From: Spirochaetia bacterium
GTDB taxonomy: Bacteria; Spirochaetota; Spirochaetia; SZUA-6; Bin103
Assembly (NCBI GenBank): GCA_965203515.1
Contig: OZ241907.1
Span: 1,664,001-1,728,000, forward strand
Length of the DNA stretch: 64,000 bases
Reading direction: 5' to 3'
In this document: positions 46,005 through 54,930 of the stretch, in pieces
How the letters are laid out: the number at the start of each line of letters is the position of its first letter
How positions within the stretch are numbered: position 1 is the stretch's first letter
Notes under the pieces: generated by a model
What the model saw: only the letters and a program-made list of their open reading frames with translations
What the model was told of the DNA's origin: nothing
Databases searched by the model: none
Translations under genes and position numbers: made by a program

Positions 46005-46825
46005 GCGGCGCCGCGGGCGGCCGGCAGGCCGTGGTCGCAGTGGCTGTCCGGCAGCGCGTACTGCTCCCCGTCCGCTCCGACGCGGCGCAGGTTGCTGCCG
46101 TACGCTTCCGCCAGCCGATCGGCCACCAGCACCTCCTGCGCCGGACCGCAGGCGATCAGCCGCCGGTTCAAGAGCGCGACTCGCCCCATACGCTCCGCCA
46201 CGCCGAGGTCGTGGGTGGAGAGCAGTACCGTCACCTCATCGCCCAGCGCCTGCAGGGTCGCATCGAGCAGCCGGCAGGCGTCGGAGTCGAGGCCGGTAAA
46301 CGGCTCGTCGAGCAGCAGCAACTCCGCCTGCTGGGCCAACGCGCGGGCGATGAACATGCGCTGCCGCTCGCCGCCGGACAGCTCGTCGATCCGGCGGCGG
46401 CGCAACGGCGCAATCGCGACGCGCTCCATGGCGGACGCGACGATCGACCGGTCGGCGCGGCGCGGAAACCGGAAGTAGCCGGTGCGGGCGATGCGGCCCA
46501 TGGCCACCACATCCTCCACCGTGGCGGGAAAGCGCCAGTTGAGGTCCGCGTGCTGTTCGATATAGGCGATGCAGACGTGGCGGTCCGGGTCACTTCCGTA
46601 GACCCGGACCGTCCCCGCCGAGGGCCGATGGATGCCGGCCACCACCTTGAACAGGGTGCTCTTGCCGGCGCCGTTGGGACCCACCACCGCGACGCGTCCG
46701 CCGGCGGTCAACCGCATCGACACCTGGTCGAGCACGCCTTTGCCGTCGTATCGGGCCGATATTCGGTCGATGTCGAGCAGGACGGCGCCAGCCGGGTGCG
46801 GGGACTCGCGGTCGCGCATCACCAT
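46001..46825 (-). CDS. Zn/Mn ABC transporter ATP-binding protein
   Basis: GPNGAGKS, LSGGERQR, LLLDEP, STHD. Confidence 0.92.
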   Translation of the reverse strand: MVMRDRESPHPAGAVLLDIDRISARYDGKGVLDQVSMRLTAGGRVAVVGPNGAGKSTLFKVVAGIHRPSAGTVRVYGSDPDRHVCIAYIEQHADLNWRFPATVEDVVAMGRIARTGYFRFPRRADRSIVASAMERVAIAPLRRRRIDELSGGERQRMFIARALAQQAELLLLDEPFTGLDSDACRLLDATLQALGDEVTVLLSTHDLGVAERMGRVALLNRRLIACGPAQEVLVADRLAEAYGSNLRRVGADGEQYALPDSHCDHGLPAARGAA

Positions 46826-46834
46826 CCGGCCCTG

Positions 46835-48004
46835 TCACGCATCTTCGAGGGCGGAGACGATTCGCTCGACGTTGGTGCGGATGAAGTCCGAGTAGGTGGC
46901 CGCCGGGCCGGCCGCGTCGCTCAGCGATCCGGTATAGACCGACACCACGTCGATGCCGAGGTCGCCGGCCACCGCCCGCGCCACCTGTGCGTCGACCGTG
47001 AGGCCGACGAAGATCGCCGGCACCCCGTGCTCGGCGATCGCCTCCCTCAGCGCTGCCAGGTGGCGGGCCGACGGCTCGGCGACCGTGCTGAATCCGGGGA
47101 TGACGGTATCGAGTACGGTGAACCCGTAACGGGCGGCGAAGTACCCGAACACGTCGTGATCGGTGACCATGATGCGCCGGTCCGCAGGAACGGCGGCGAC
47201 CCGATCCCGCACCCAGACGTCGAGCTCGTTCAGTTCGTCGGCGAGCTCGGCTGCGCGGCGGGCGTAGTCGGCGCCGTGCTCGGGATCGACCTCGCCGAGC
47301 GCTTCCGCGATCTCCACCGTCCAGGCGGCGACCAGCGTCGGATCCATCCACACGTGCGGGTCGAACTCGCCGTGCTCGTGCTCGCCGTGTTCGTGCTCGT
47401 CCTCTTCGTCGTGCTCGTGCTCGTCGGCATCCTCGTCGTGCTCGTCCTCTTCGTCGTGCTCGTGTTCGTCGGCATCCTCGTCATGCTCGTCATCTTCGCC
47501 GTGCTCGTGTTCGTCGGCATCCTCGTCGTGCTCGTCCTCTTCGTCGTGCTCGTCCTCCTCGTCGTGCTCGTGCTCGTCGGCATCCTCGTCGTGCTCGTCC
47601 TCCTCGTCGTGCTCGTGTTCGTCGGCATCCTCGTCACCCGCGGACCGGAGCTCCAGGTGCGCGGTCAGGTCGACGACGCGGCCCGCCGTGTTGGCGACCA
47701 GGTCGCCCAGGAAGTCGGCCTCCAGGCCGGCGCCGTTGATGAACACGACCGCCGCGTCCGCTACCTGCCGAGCGTCGCGCGGCGTCGCCTGGAAGGCGTG
47801 CGGATCGGCGCCCGGCGGCAGCATCACGTACACCGACAGTCGGTCTCCCCCGATCCGGGAGACGATGTCCCCGACGATGGTGGTGGTCGCCACGACCCGG
47901 ACGGCGCCGGCGGCCGGCTCTTCGATCTGCCCTTCGGCATATGCCGGCATGCCGGCCAACGCCACGACGAAGGCCACGAACATCCCGGTTCTCAAGTGTC
48001 TCAT
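46835..48004 (-). CDS. Zn/Mn ABC substrate-binding protein (ZnuA-like) with very long His/acidic loop
   Basis: DPHAF, NGAGLE, DPHVWMDP, HDVFGYF. Confidence 0.92.
   Translation of the reverse strand: MRHLRTGMFVAFVVALAGMPAYAEGQIEEPAAGAVRVVATTTIVGDIVSRIGGDRLSVYVMLPPGADPHAFQATPRDARQVADAAVVFINGAGLEADFLGDLVANTAGRVVDLTAHLELRSAGDEDADEHEHDEEDEHDEDADEHEHDEEDEHDEEDEHDEDADEHEHGEDDEHDEDADEHEHDEEDEHDEDADEHEHDEEDEHEHGEHEHGEFDPHVWMDPTLVAAWTVEIAEALGEVDPEHGADYARRAAELADELNELDVWVRDRVAAVPADRRIMVTDHDVFGYFAARYGFTVLDTVIPGFSTVAEPSARHLAALREAIAEHGVPAIFVGLTVDAQVARAVAGDLGIDVVSVYTGSLSDAAGPAATYSDFIRTNVERIVSALEDA
47372..47635 (-). repeat. Coding tandem repeats (27- and 18-bp units) giving an 88-aa D/E/H loop
   Basis: DEDADEHEH x5 interleaved with DEEDEH-type units x6. 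Confidence 0.92.
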
Positions 48005-48010
48005 GTCTCG

Positions 48011-48040
48011 AATCTAACGATAATGCGTTATCATGGTCAA
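48011..48040 (-). promoter_or_regulatory. Promoter with Fur/Zur-box-like palindrome in the spacer
   Basis: Minus strand TTGACC-ATGATAACGCATTATCGT-TAGATT-6 nt-ATG. Confidence 0.7.
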
Positions 48041-48085
48041 CAGGCCACGGGGCCGCGTTGACAGCCATCTCCCGATGGACGCGCG

Positions 48086-50830
48086 TCAGCCGGTGTTGCG
48101 CAACCCGGCGGCCAGACCGTTGACGGTGAGCAGGATCGCCCGCTCGACGCGCCGGTCGACCTGGCCGGCGCTGCGGTGCCGGGCGAGCAGCACGACCTGC
48201 AGCAGGTTGAGCGGCTCCAGGTAGGCCGACCGCACCTCCAGGGTCCGCTTGAGCACGGGGTAGTCGGCGAGCAGCGTCGGCTTGCCGGTGGTGGCGAGTA
48301 CGTGACGGAGCGCTCGCTCGTGCTCGGCGGCTACCAGGTCGAATATCCGACGGTGTTCCGCCGGCACCAGCGCCTCCACGTAGCGCTGCGCCGTCACCAG
48401 GTCCGTCTTCGCCAGCGTCATCTCCACGTTGGAGATGAACATGCGGAAGAACGGCCAGCGCTCGTACATCTCGGTCAGCGTATCCGTCCCGGCGTCGCGC
48501 GCGGCGGCGAGCCCGCTGCCGACCCCGTACCAGCCGGGCACGACCTGCCGCGTCTGCGTCCAGCCGAACACCCACGGGATGGCGCGCATGCCGCCGATGC
48601 CGCCGCCGGTTCCCGGGCGCCGAGTCGGTCGCGAGCCGATCTTGAGCGACGCCAGCTCCTCCACCGGCGTCGCGGTCAGGAAGTAGGGCACCAGTGATGG
48701 ATGGTCGATCAGGTCGCGGTAGGCGCGGTACGCCGCCCGCGAGGTGATGTCCATGGCCTCGTCCCACCGTTTCAGGTCCTCCGCCGAGCGCGTCGAGCTC
48801 CGGTGCAGCACCGCCGCCTCGACCGACGCGGCCAGCGTCACCTCCAGATTGTCGCGGGCCAGCCGCGGCAGTCCGTACTTGTCCGCCACCACCTCGCCCT
48901 GCTCGGTGATCTTGATCGCGCCGTCCACGGTCCCCCAGGGCTGCGCGAGGATCGCCTCCGCGGTCGGGCCGCCGCCGCGCCCCACCGTGCCGCCGCGGCC
49001 GTGGAAGAACCGCAACGGTACGCCGTACTCGCGGGCGACGTCGCGGAGCCGCCGCGCGCATCGATGCAGATCCCACTGCGCCGTGGTGATGCCGGCCAGC
49101 TTGTTCGAGTCGGAGTACCCCAGCATCACCTCCTGCGGGCCGCCGCGCAGGCGCAACAGCTCGCGGTAGCTCGGCTCCTCCAGCAGGTCGCGGAGCGTGT
49201 CGCCGGCACGCCGAATCGCCTCCGGCGTCTCGAACAGCGGCACGAACCCGATCGCCGCGCGGCCCGACGAGACGTCGACCAGCCCCGCCTCCCGGGCCAG
49301 CACCACCGCCGCCAACAGGTCGTCGGCGCTCACGGTCTCGGAAACGACGTAGCTTTCGATCGCGCGTGCGCCGAACCGCTCCAGCGCCGCGCGCACCACG
49401 CGCATCGTCTCCAGGGTCCGGCCCGGATCGCCCCGCAGGTCGGCAGCGGGCGTGGCGATCGGCCGCCGGTTGCGCAGCTCTTCGGACAGCAGCGCGAACC
49501 GCTCCGCCGGTGACATGCCGCCGTAGTCCGGCGCGGCGGGCAGACGGCGGTAGAGCGCGGCCAGCGCAGCGTGGTGCTTCTGCGCATGCTCGCGGACATC
49601 GAGGGTCGCCAGATGGAAGCCGAAGGCCGACGCGCGGCGCAGCAGGCGGCGCAGCGATCCGTTGGCGATCACCTGACCCCGGTTGCCGCGGAGCGACCGC
49701 TGCAGCATCTCCAACTCCGCGACCAGCTCGGCGGCGCGGCGGTAGTCGCGCCGCGGCACGTGACGCGTGTGCTCGGCGATCCGCCGGCGCGTGTTCACCA
49801 GCCGCTCGCGGATGTAGTGGAGCTTCATCCGGTAGCTCTCGCCGGTGTCGCGGCGCTGAAAGCGCCGATCGGTGGCCGGCAGCGCCTGGCGGTCGCGGCG
49901 GATGCTGAGCGTCAGCTCCGTCGAAACGCCGTGGATGCGCTCGGAGCCGCTCAGTTCCGCCGACAGGTCGTCGACGGCTCCTATCAGCTCGCGCAGGGCG
50001 TGATCGTGCTGCAGCTCCAGCACGGCCATGGTAACCTCCGCGGTGACCTGCGGGTTGCCGTCGCGGTCCCCGCCGACCCAGCTGCCAAAGCTCAGCGGAC
50101 GCGCGCGGGCGGGCAGCTCGATGCCGATCCGGTCCATCTGCTGGTCCAGCTCGTCGAACAGGTCGCCGGTCACTTCGCGGAGCATTTCGTTCAGGTAGTA
50201 GATCGCCGCCTGCGCCTCGTCGGTGGGGCGAGGACGATGGATGCGCAGCTCGTCGGTCTGCCAGATCAGGTCGATCGACTCGGCTAGGCGGCGCTCGATG
50301 CGGTCCAGATCGACCTCGGTCTGCCGCGGGTCGATCCGCTCGTACAGCAGCTCGGCGATGCGGCGCAGCTTGGTGAGCACGGAACGGCGCGCCGCCTCCG
50401 TGGGATGCGCCGTGAAGACCGGCCGGACGTCCAGACGCGGCGCTACGTCGCGCAGGGCAGCGCACCGGTCCTGGTCGCCCTCGATGTGGTCGAACAGAGC
50501 GCGCAGCCGGCCGCGGCCGACGCCGCTGCGCGGTCCGTACTCGCCGGCCCGATGGGTCTGCTCGGCGACGTTCGCCAAGTGGAAGAAGGTGGAGAAGGCG
50601 CGCACCAGATTGGTCGTGTCGGCGATGTCCAGACCGGTCAGCAGGTCGGTCAGCGCAGCGCGCGCGCCGCTTCCCGCCGCCGCGTCGCGCGCCTGCTTGC
50701 TCAGCGTGCGCACCTGCTCCACCAGTTCCAGCAACTGCGGGCCATGCTGGCGGACCAGCGTCTGCCCCAGCAGGTTGCCGAGCAGCCTGATGTCCGACCG
50801 CAGCGCCGCGTCGTTCCCCGAAGAGCTCAT
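48086..50830 (-). CDS. ppc: Phosphoenolpyruvate carboxylase
   Basis: VFTAHPTE, SWVGGDRDGNP, VMLGYSDSNK, FHGRGGTVGRGGGP, RAIPWVFGW, GLRNTG. Confidence 0.97.
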   Translation of the reverse strand: MSSSGNDAALRSDIRLLGNLLGQTLVRQHGPQLLELVEQVRTLSKQARDAAAGSGARAALTDLLTGLDIADTTNLVRAFSTFFHLANVAEQTHRAGEYGPRSGVGRGRLRALFDHIEGDQDRCAALRDVAPRLDVRPVFTAHPTEAARRSVLTKLRRIAELLYERIDPRQTEVDLDRIERRLAESIDLIWQTDELRIHRPRPTDEAQAAIYYLNEMLREVTGDLFDELDQQMDRIGIELPARARPLSFGSWVGGDRDGNPQVTAEVTMAVLELQHDHALRELIGAVDDLSAELSGSERIHGVSTELTLSIRRDRQALPATDRRFQRRDTGESYRMKLHYIRERLVNTRRRIAEHTRHVPRRDYRRAAELVAELEMLQRSLRGNRGQVIANGSLRRLLRRASAFGFHLATLDVREHAQKHHAALAALYRRLPAAPDYGGMSPAERFALLSEELRNRRPIATPAADLRGDPGRTLETMRVVRAALERFGARAIESYVVSETVSADDLLAAVVLAREAGLVDVSSGRAAIGFVPLFETPEAIRRAGDTLRDLLEEPSYRELLRLRGGPQEVMLGYSDSNKLAGITTAQWDLHRCARRLRDVAREYGVPLRFFHGRGGTVGRGGGPTAEAILAQPWGTVDGAIKITEQGEVVADKYGLPRLARDNLEVTLAASVEAAVLHRSSTRSAEDLKRWDEAMDITSRAAYRAYRDLIDHPSLVPYFLTATPVEELASLKIGSRPTRRPGTGGGIGGMRAIPWVFGWTQTRQVVPGWYGVGSGLAAARDAGTDTLTEMYERWPFFRMFISNVEMTLAKTDLVTAQRYVEALVPAEHRRIFDLVAAEHERALRHVLATTGKPTLLADYPVLKRTLEVRSAYLEPLNLLQVVLLARHRSAGQVDRRVERAILLTVNGLAAGLRNTG

Positions 50831-50917
50831 GATCGGTACTATAGTGCTCGTCCTGCGATCGGTCGTTCCCGACCGCCGTCTACTGGCAAGCGACCCATCG
50901 CGGCTTGGCGGTCCTGC

Positions 50918-52210
50918 ATGAATGCACTACTTCCCTACGTCCGCGAACTCGAACGTGAGCTGAGCGCGCCGAGTCGCTCCGGTGCGCAATGGGAATCATG
51001 GCGCGACCGCTGTCTGGACGGTGGACCGGCCCGCGAACTGCGAGCAGCCGTTCAGCGGGCGGACCTGAGGGAGCAGGGCGCGTTCTTTACCGGCCCCGAA
51101 CTTGGCAGGAGAGCAGCGCTCGCGTTCGGCCCGCCGATTGCTGACGACTCGGTGTACTTTGATCCGTCCTGCGGGACAGGAGACCTGCTGCTCGCCGCGG
51201 CCGGACGGCTGCCCCGAGCGCCGACGGTTGCCGGGACACTTGCGCTCTGGGGAAGCCGCTTGGCGGGCTGCGATCTTTCTCCGGTGTTCGTCCGGGCGGC
51301 CAGTGCGCGCCTTGCCCTGCTGGCGATGCGCCGTTGCGGCACCCGCGAGCGGGTCGCGCCGGAAGCGGCAGGTGCTCTGCTGCCGGCGTTAACGGTCGAC
51401 GATGCGTTGCGCTGTCCCGACCGGTACGCGGCGGCGGGCCGGATCATGATGAACCCGCCGTTCCGTGCCATCCGTGCGCCGGACGGCTGCGAGTGGTCGG
51501 CCGGCCGCATCAACGCGGCCGCTCTCTTCACGGAGACCGCCATTCTCAACTCCCGGGACGGAACACGGATCACCGCCATTCTTCCCGATGTCCTACGCTC
51601 GGGAAGTCGCTACCATCGGTGGCGCTGCATGATCGGCGGCAATGCGGTCGTAGAAGAGATTACCGCATACGGAGCGTTTGATCGCCACGCCAACGTCGAC
51701 GTATTCCTGTTGCGCCTGACCGTCGCCAAGGGCAGGGAGGTCCCGACCGCCGAGGAGTGGGCGGGTATCGACAGGGTTTGCAGTGACACCGTGGCGGGGC
51801 ACTTCACGGTCCGCGTCGGCGCCGTCGTGCCCCATCGGCACGGGGAAACCGGGCCGGAATACCCGTACCTGCATGCGCGCTCGTTGCCGCCTTGGCAAAC
51901 GGTTACGAAGATAACTAAAACGCGGCGCTTCGCCGGCACGGTCTTCGCGCCGCCATTCGTCGCGGTGAGACGTACGTCCGGCCCCCGGGATCGACACCGG
52001 GCGGTGGCTACGATCGTGCTCGGCCGGCGGGCGGTGGCGGTCGAGAATCACGTCATCGTGTGCCTGCCCGACGACGGCACGATCGAGCGGTGTCGGGCTC
52101 TGCTGGCTCGTCTGCGCAGCGGCAATACCGATGGCTGGCTCAACCGGCGCATCCGCTGTCGTCACCTGACGACCTCGGCAGTGGCCGAGATACCGTGGTG
52201 GGAGCCATGA
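50918..52210 (+). CDS. N6-adenine DNA methyltransferase (gamma-class, Eco57I/TaqI-like)
   Basis: Motif X GAFFTG, motif I FDPSCGTG, motif IV NPPF, AILP, C-terminal target-recognition-like region. Confidence 0.85.
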   Translation: MNALLPYVRELERELSAPSRSGAQWESWRDRCLDGGPARELRAAVQRADLREQGAFFTGPELGRRAALAFGPPIADDSVYFDPSCGTGDLLLAAAGRLPRAPTVAGTLALWGSRLAGCDLSPVFVRAASARLALLAMRRCGTRERVAPEAAGALLPALTVDDALRCPDRYAAAGRIMMNPPFRAIRAPDGCEWSAGRINAAALFTETAILNSRDGTRITAILPDVLRSGSRYHRWRCMIGGNAVVEEITAYGAFDRHANVDVFLLRLTVAKGREVPTAEEWAGIDRVCSDTVAGHFTVRVGAVVPHRHGETGPEYPYLHARSLPPWQTVTKITKTRRFAGTVFAPPFVAVRRTSGPRDRHRAVATIVLGRRAVAVENHVIVCLPDDGTIERCRALLARLRSGNTDGWLNRRIRCRHLTTSAVAEIPWWEP

Positions 52211-54273
52211 GCACGGCGCGCATACGGTTTTCCGCCGACATCCTGCGCCGACTGGGCGAGGAATTGAATCCCCATCTGGACAAGGGGATCGTGGAGCTGG
52301 TCAAGAACTCCTACGACGCGGACGCGACCTGGTGCCGCATCGAGATGAGCGGAACAGGCGGCGCCGGCGGCACCATCATCGTTACCGACAACGGCGACGG
52401 CATGACGCCGGCCGAGATCGAACGGGGGTGGCTGGTGCTCGGCAGATCCACCAAGAATGCGGCGCGACGTACGCGGCTGGGGCGCATCCCGGCCGGCAGC
52501 AAAGGTTTGGGGCGGCTGGCGGCCCTACGTATGGGATCGCACGCGCTGCTGAGCACCAGACCGCGGAAGCAGCCTGCGGACGAGTATCGGCTACCGATCG
52601 ACTGGCGTGCGTTCGATGCCACGGATCTGGTCGATGACGTAGCGCTGAATATCGACCATGCCCCGAGGTCACCGGACTCCGGCCCGGGAACCGAGATCAG
52701 GATCAAAGGACTGCGCAAGCGGATACAGCGCATGGAGGTCAAGCGTCTAGCGCGCGAGTTGATCCTGCTTGCTGATCCGTTCGGCGACGATCCTGCCGGG
52801 TTCGCGCCCACGCTGATCGCACCCGACTTCAATGACTTGGCCGGGCTGGTGAGGAATCGATACTTCGATGATGCCGAGTACCATCTGGCCGCCGGCGTCG
52901 ACGAGACCGGCCGCGCAACCGCGGCGGTGGTCGACTGGAAGGGCCAGCTCCTGTTCAGCGCCGGCCATGACGAAATCGCCGCGGCTGACGAACGCCGGCC
53001 CTACCACTGTCCCGCGGTCCGTTTCGATCTTTGGGTCTTCATTCTGAATCGCGCCACCTTTTCCACGAGAATCAGCACCCTGAAAGAAGTCCGTCAATGG
53101 TTGGGTGAGTTCGGCGGCGTGCACGTCTATCACAATGGGCTGCGGGTGATGCCGTACGGCAACCCCGGCAACGACTGGTTGGAGATGAACCTGCAGCGCG
53201 TGCGTAGCCCAGAAGAACGTCCGGGAACGAATACCTCCATCGGCCGCATCGTGGTGACCGATACCGATGCGCGGCTCGTCCAGAAGACCGACCGCTCCGG
53301 GTACGTCGAGGACGAAGCGTTTACCGATCTGGTGCGATTCGCCCAGGAGGCCATGGAGTGGATGGCCGACCGGCGGCTGGAGACAGCGGAGCGGCGCCGC
53401 GCCACGGCGCGCGGCATCGCCTCGAACAGGTCACGCGAGGCGCAACGAGCGTTGCGAACGGCCATCGACCAAGTTCCGCTTTCAGATCGCGAGCCCCTGG
53501 AGGCCGCATTCAAGCAGTATGATCGTTCACGAGACCAGGAGGCGGATACCTTGCGCAAGGAGGTGCAGTTGTATCGGACGTTGAGTACGGCGGGCATCAC
53601 CGCAGCGACCTTTGCGCACGAGTCGAGCGGCAATCCGATCAAGGTGATAAGGCAGTCGGTCGACGCGCTCGCGCGCCGCGCCGGTGAGATGCTAGGCGAC
53701 CGGTACGAGCCTCTGTTGAGCCGACCGGTGACCGGTATTCAACGAGCCGTCCGCAGCCTTGCCGTTCTGGGAAACGCCACGCTGAAGCTGCTCGACCACG
53801 ACAAACGCCGGTTATCGAGAGTCGATCTGCATGACGTCGTACGTGAGGTCGTAGACACGTTCAGACCATTCCTCAATGGAAGAAACGTGGCGACCACCGT
53901 GTGCCTGTGTTCAGGTGATCCCTACGTCCGCGGCAGTCGGGCAGCGATCGAATCGATCGTCACCAACCTGCTCAACAACAGCCTCACCGCGTTCGAAAAC
54001 GCCGGCACGATGGAACGAAGGATCGAGCTTACCACCTCGATCGAAGATGGTCGTTGGCGGCTGGCGGTGTCCGACAACGGTCCGGGGATCACCGACATTA
54101 GTACGCGCGACATCTGGCTGCCCGGCCGCACTACGCGCAAGAACGGCACCGGACTGGGACTGACGATCGTCCGGGATGCGGTCCGGGACCTCGACGGCGA
54201 CGTCGATGCCCATGAGCACGGTGGCCTGGGCGGCGCCGAAATCATCGTAGAGATACCGATTCTGGGAGGCTGA
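52207..54273 (+). CDS. MORC-like GHKL ATPase fused to a histidine kinase
   Basis: N-terminal ELVKNSYDA, DNGDGM, GSKGLGRLA, GTEI; C-terminal H-box FAHE, NLLNNS, DNGPGI, GTGLGL; no TM segment. Confidence 0.88.
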   Translation: MSTARIRFSADILRRLGEELNPHLDKGIVELVKNSYDADATWCRIEMSGTGGAGGTIIVTDNGDGMTPAEIERGWLVLGRSTKNAARRTRLGRIPAGSKGLGRLAALRMGSHALLSTRPRKQPADEYRLPIDWRAFDATDLVDDVALNIDHAPRSPDSGPGTEIRIKGLRKRIQRMEVKRLARELILLADPFGDDPAGFAPTLIAPDFNDLAGLVRNRYFDDAEYHLAAGVDETGRATAAVVDWKGQLLFSAGHDEIAAADERRPYHCPAVRFDLWVFILNRATFSTRISTLKEVRQWLGEFGGVHVYHNGLRVMPYGNPGNDWLEMNLQRVRSPEERPGTNTSIGRIVVTDTDARLVQKTDRSGYVEDEAFTDLVRFAQEAMEWMADRRLETAERRRATARGIASNRSREAQRALRTAIDQVPLSDREPLEAAFKQYDRSRDQEADTLRKEVQLYRTLSTAGITAATFAHESSGNPIKVIRQSVDALARRAGEMLGDRYEPLLSRPVTGIQRAVRSLAVLGNATLKLLDHDKRRLSRVDLHDVVREVVDTFRPFLNGRNVATTVCLCSGDPYVRGSRAAIESIVTNLLNNSLTAFENAGTMERRIELTTSIEDGRWRLAVSDNGPGITDISTRDIWLPGRTTRKNGTGLGLTIVRDAVRDLDGDVDAHEHGGLGGAEIIVEIPILGG

Positions 54274-54930
54274 GTGACCAACGGCAGCAGTACGATTGAA
54301 CGGGTGCTTATCGTCGATGACGACGAAACGGCAAGGGAGGGATTCGGGTATCCGATTGAAGAACTGGGAATCACTCCCGTGCCGGAGACCGGGCCGATAG
54401 AAAACCTGCGTCGGTTCGTTGAGGGAGTGCCAGACCGGGCGCAGGCGGTGCTGTGTGATTATCGACTGAAGACGTCCGCCTATTCTTCATACAACGGGGA
54501 TGAGGTGGTCGCCGCCTGCTATCGGCGCGGCATTCCGGGTCTGCTGTGCACGCAGTACACCGACGTGATCGTCGAAATAAATCGGCGGCTGCGTCGGTTC
54601 ATTCCGTCTCTCCTCAAGACGAGCTCGCCAACTCCTGAGGCCATTCACGCCTCACTACGCGCCTGCCAGGACGAACTCTCCGGTTCGATTCATCCTGCCC
54701 GGCGGCCGTGGCGCACTCTGGTCCGGGTGCATGACGCACCGGCGGATGCGGGCTACTGTCACGTTGTCGTACCCGCCTGGAATGCTGACCAAGCGATTCG
54801 ACTGTATTTACACGACATTCCCGAAGAGATATTGCCGTGCATGACGGCAGGGTCGCGCGTGCATGCCAAGGTCAACATCGGTGCCGGTAGTTTCGAAGAG
54901 GTGTACTTCGATGAGTGGGAGCCGGAATGA
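54274..54930 (+). CDS. Receiver-domain protein with unknown beta-rich C-terminal domain
   Basis: VLIVDDD, LCDYRL, CT, LLK; GGAGG RBS inside the kinase gene end. Confidence 0.8.
   Translation: MTNGSSTIERVLIVDDDETAREGFGYPIEELGITPVPETGPIENLRRFVEGVPDRAQAVLCDYRLKTSAYSSYNGDEVVAACYRRGIPGLLCTQYTDVIVEINRRLRRFIPSLLKTSSPTPEAIHASLRACQDELSGSIHPARRPWRTLVRVHDAPADAGYCHVVVPAWNADQAIRLYLHDIPEEILPCMTAGSRVHAKVNIGAGSFEEVYFDEWEPE

Noticed and set aside
47372..47635. Repeat array as a possible CRISPR
   Set aside because: In-frame coding repeats with no unique spacers and no cas genes
50405..50917. N-terminal extensions in the ORF track (also 52060, 43295, 35260, 30102, 24122, 21592)
   Set aside because: They overlap neighbouring genes; downstream starts with stop/start coupling or an RBS fit the family N-termini better
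52207..54930. Ordinary environmental two-component system
   Set aside because: No TM, PAS or GAF sensor, an extra MORC-type ATPase, and no HTH on the regulator
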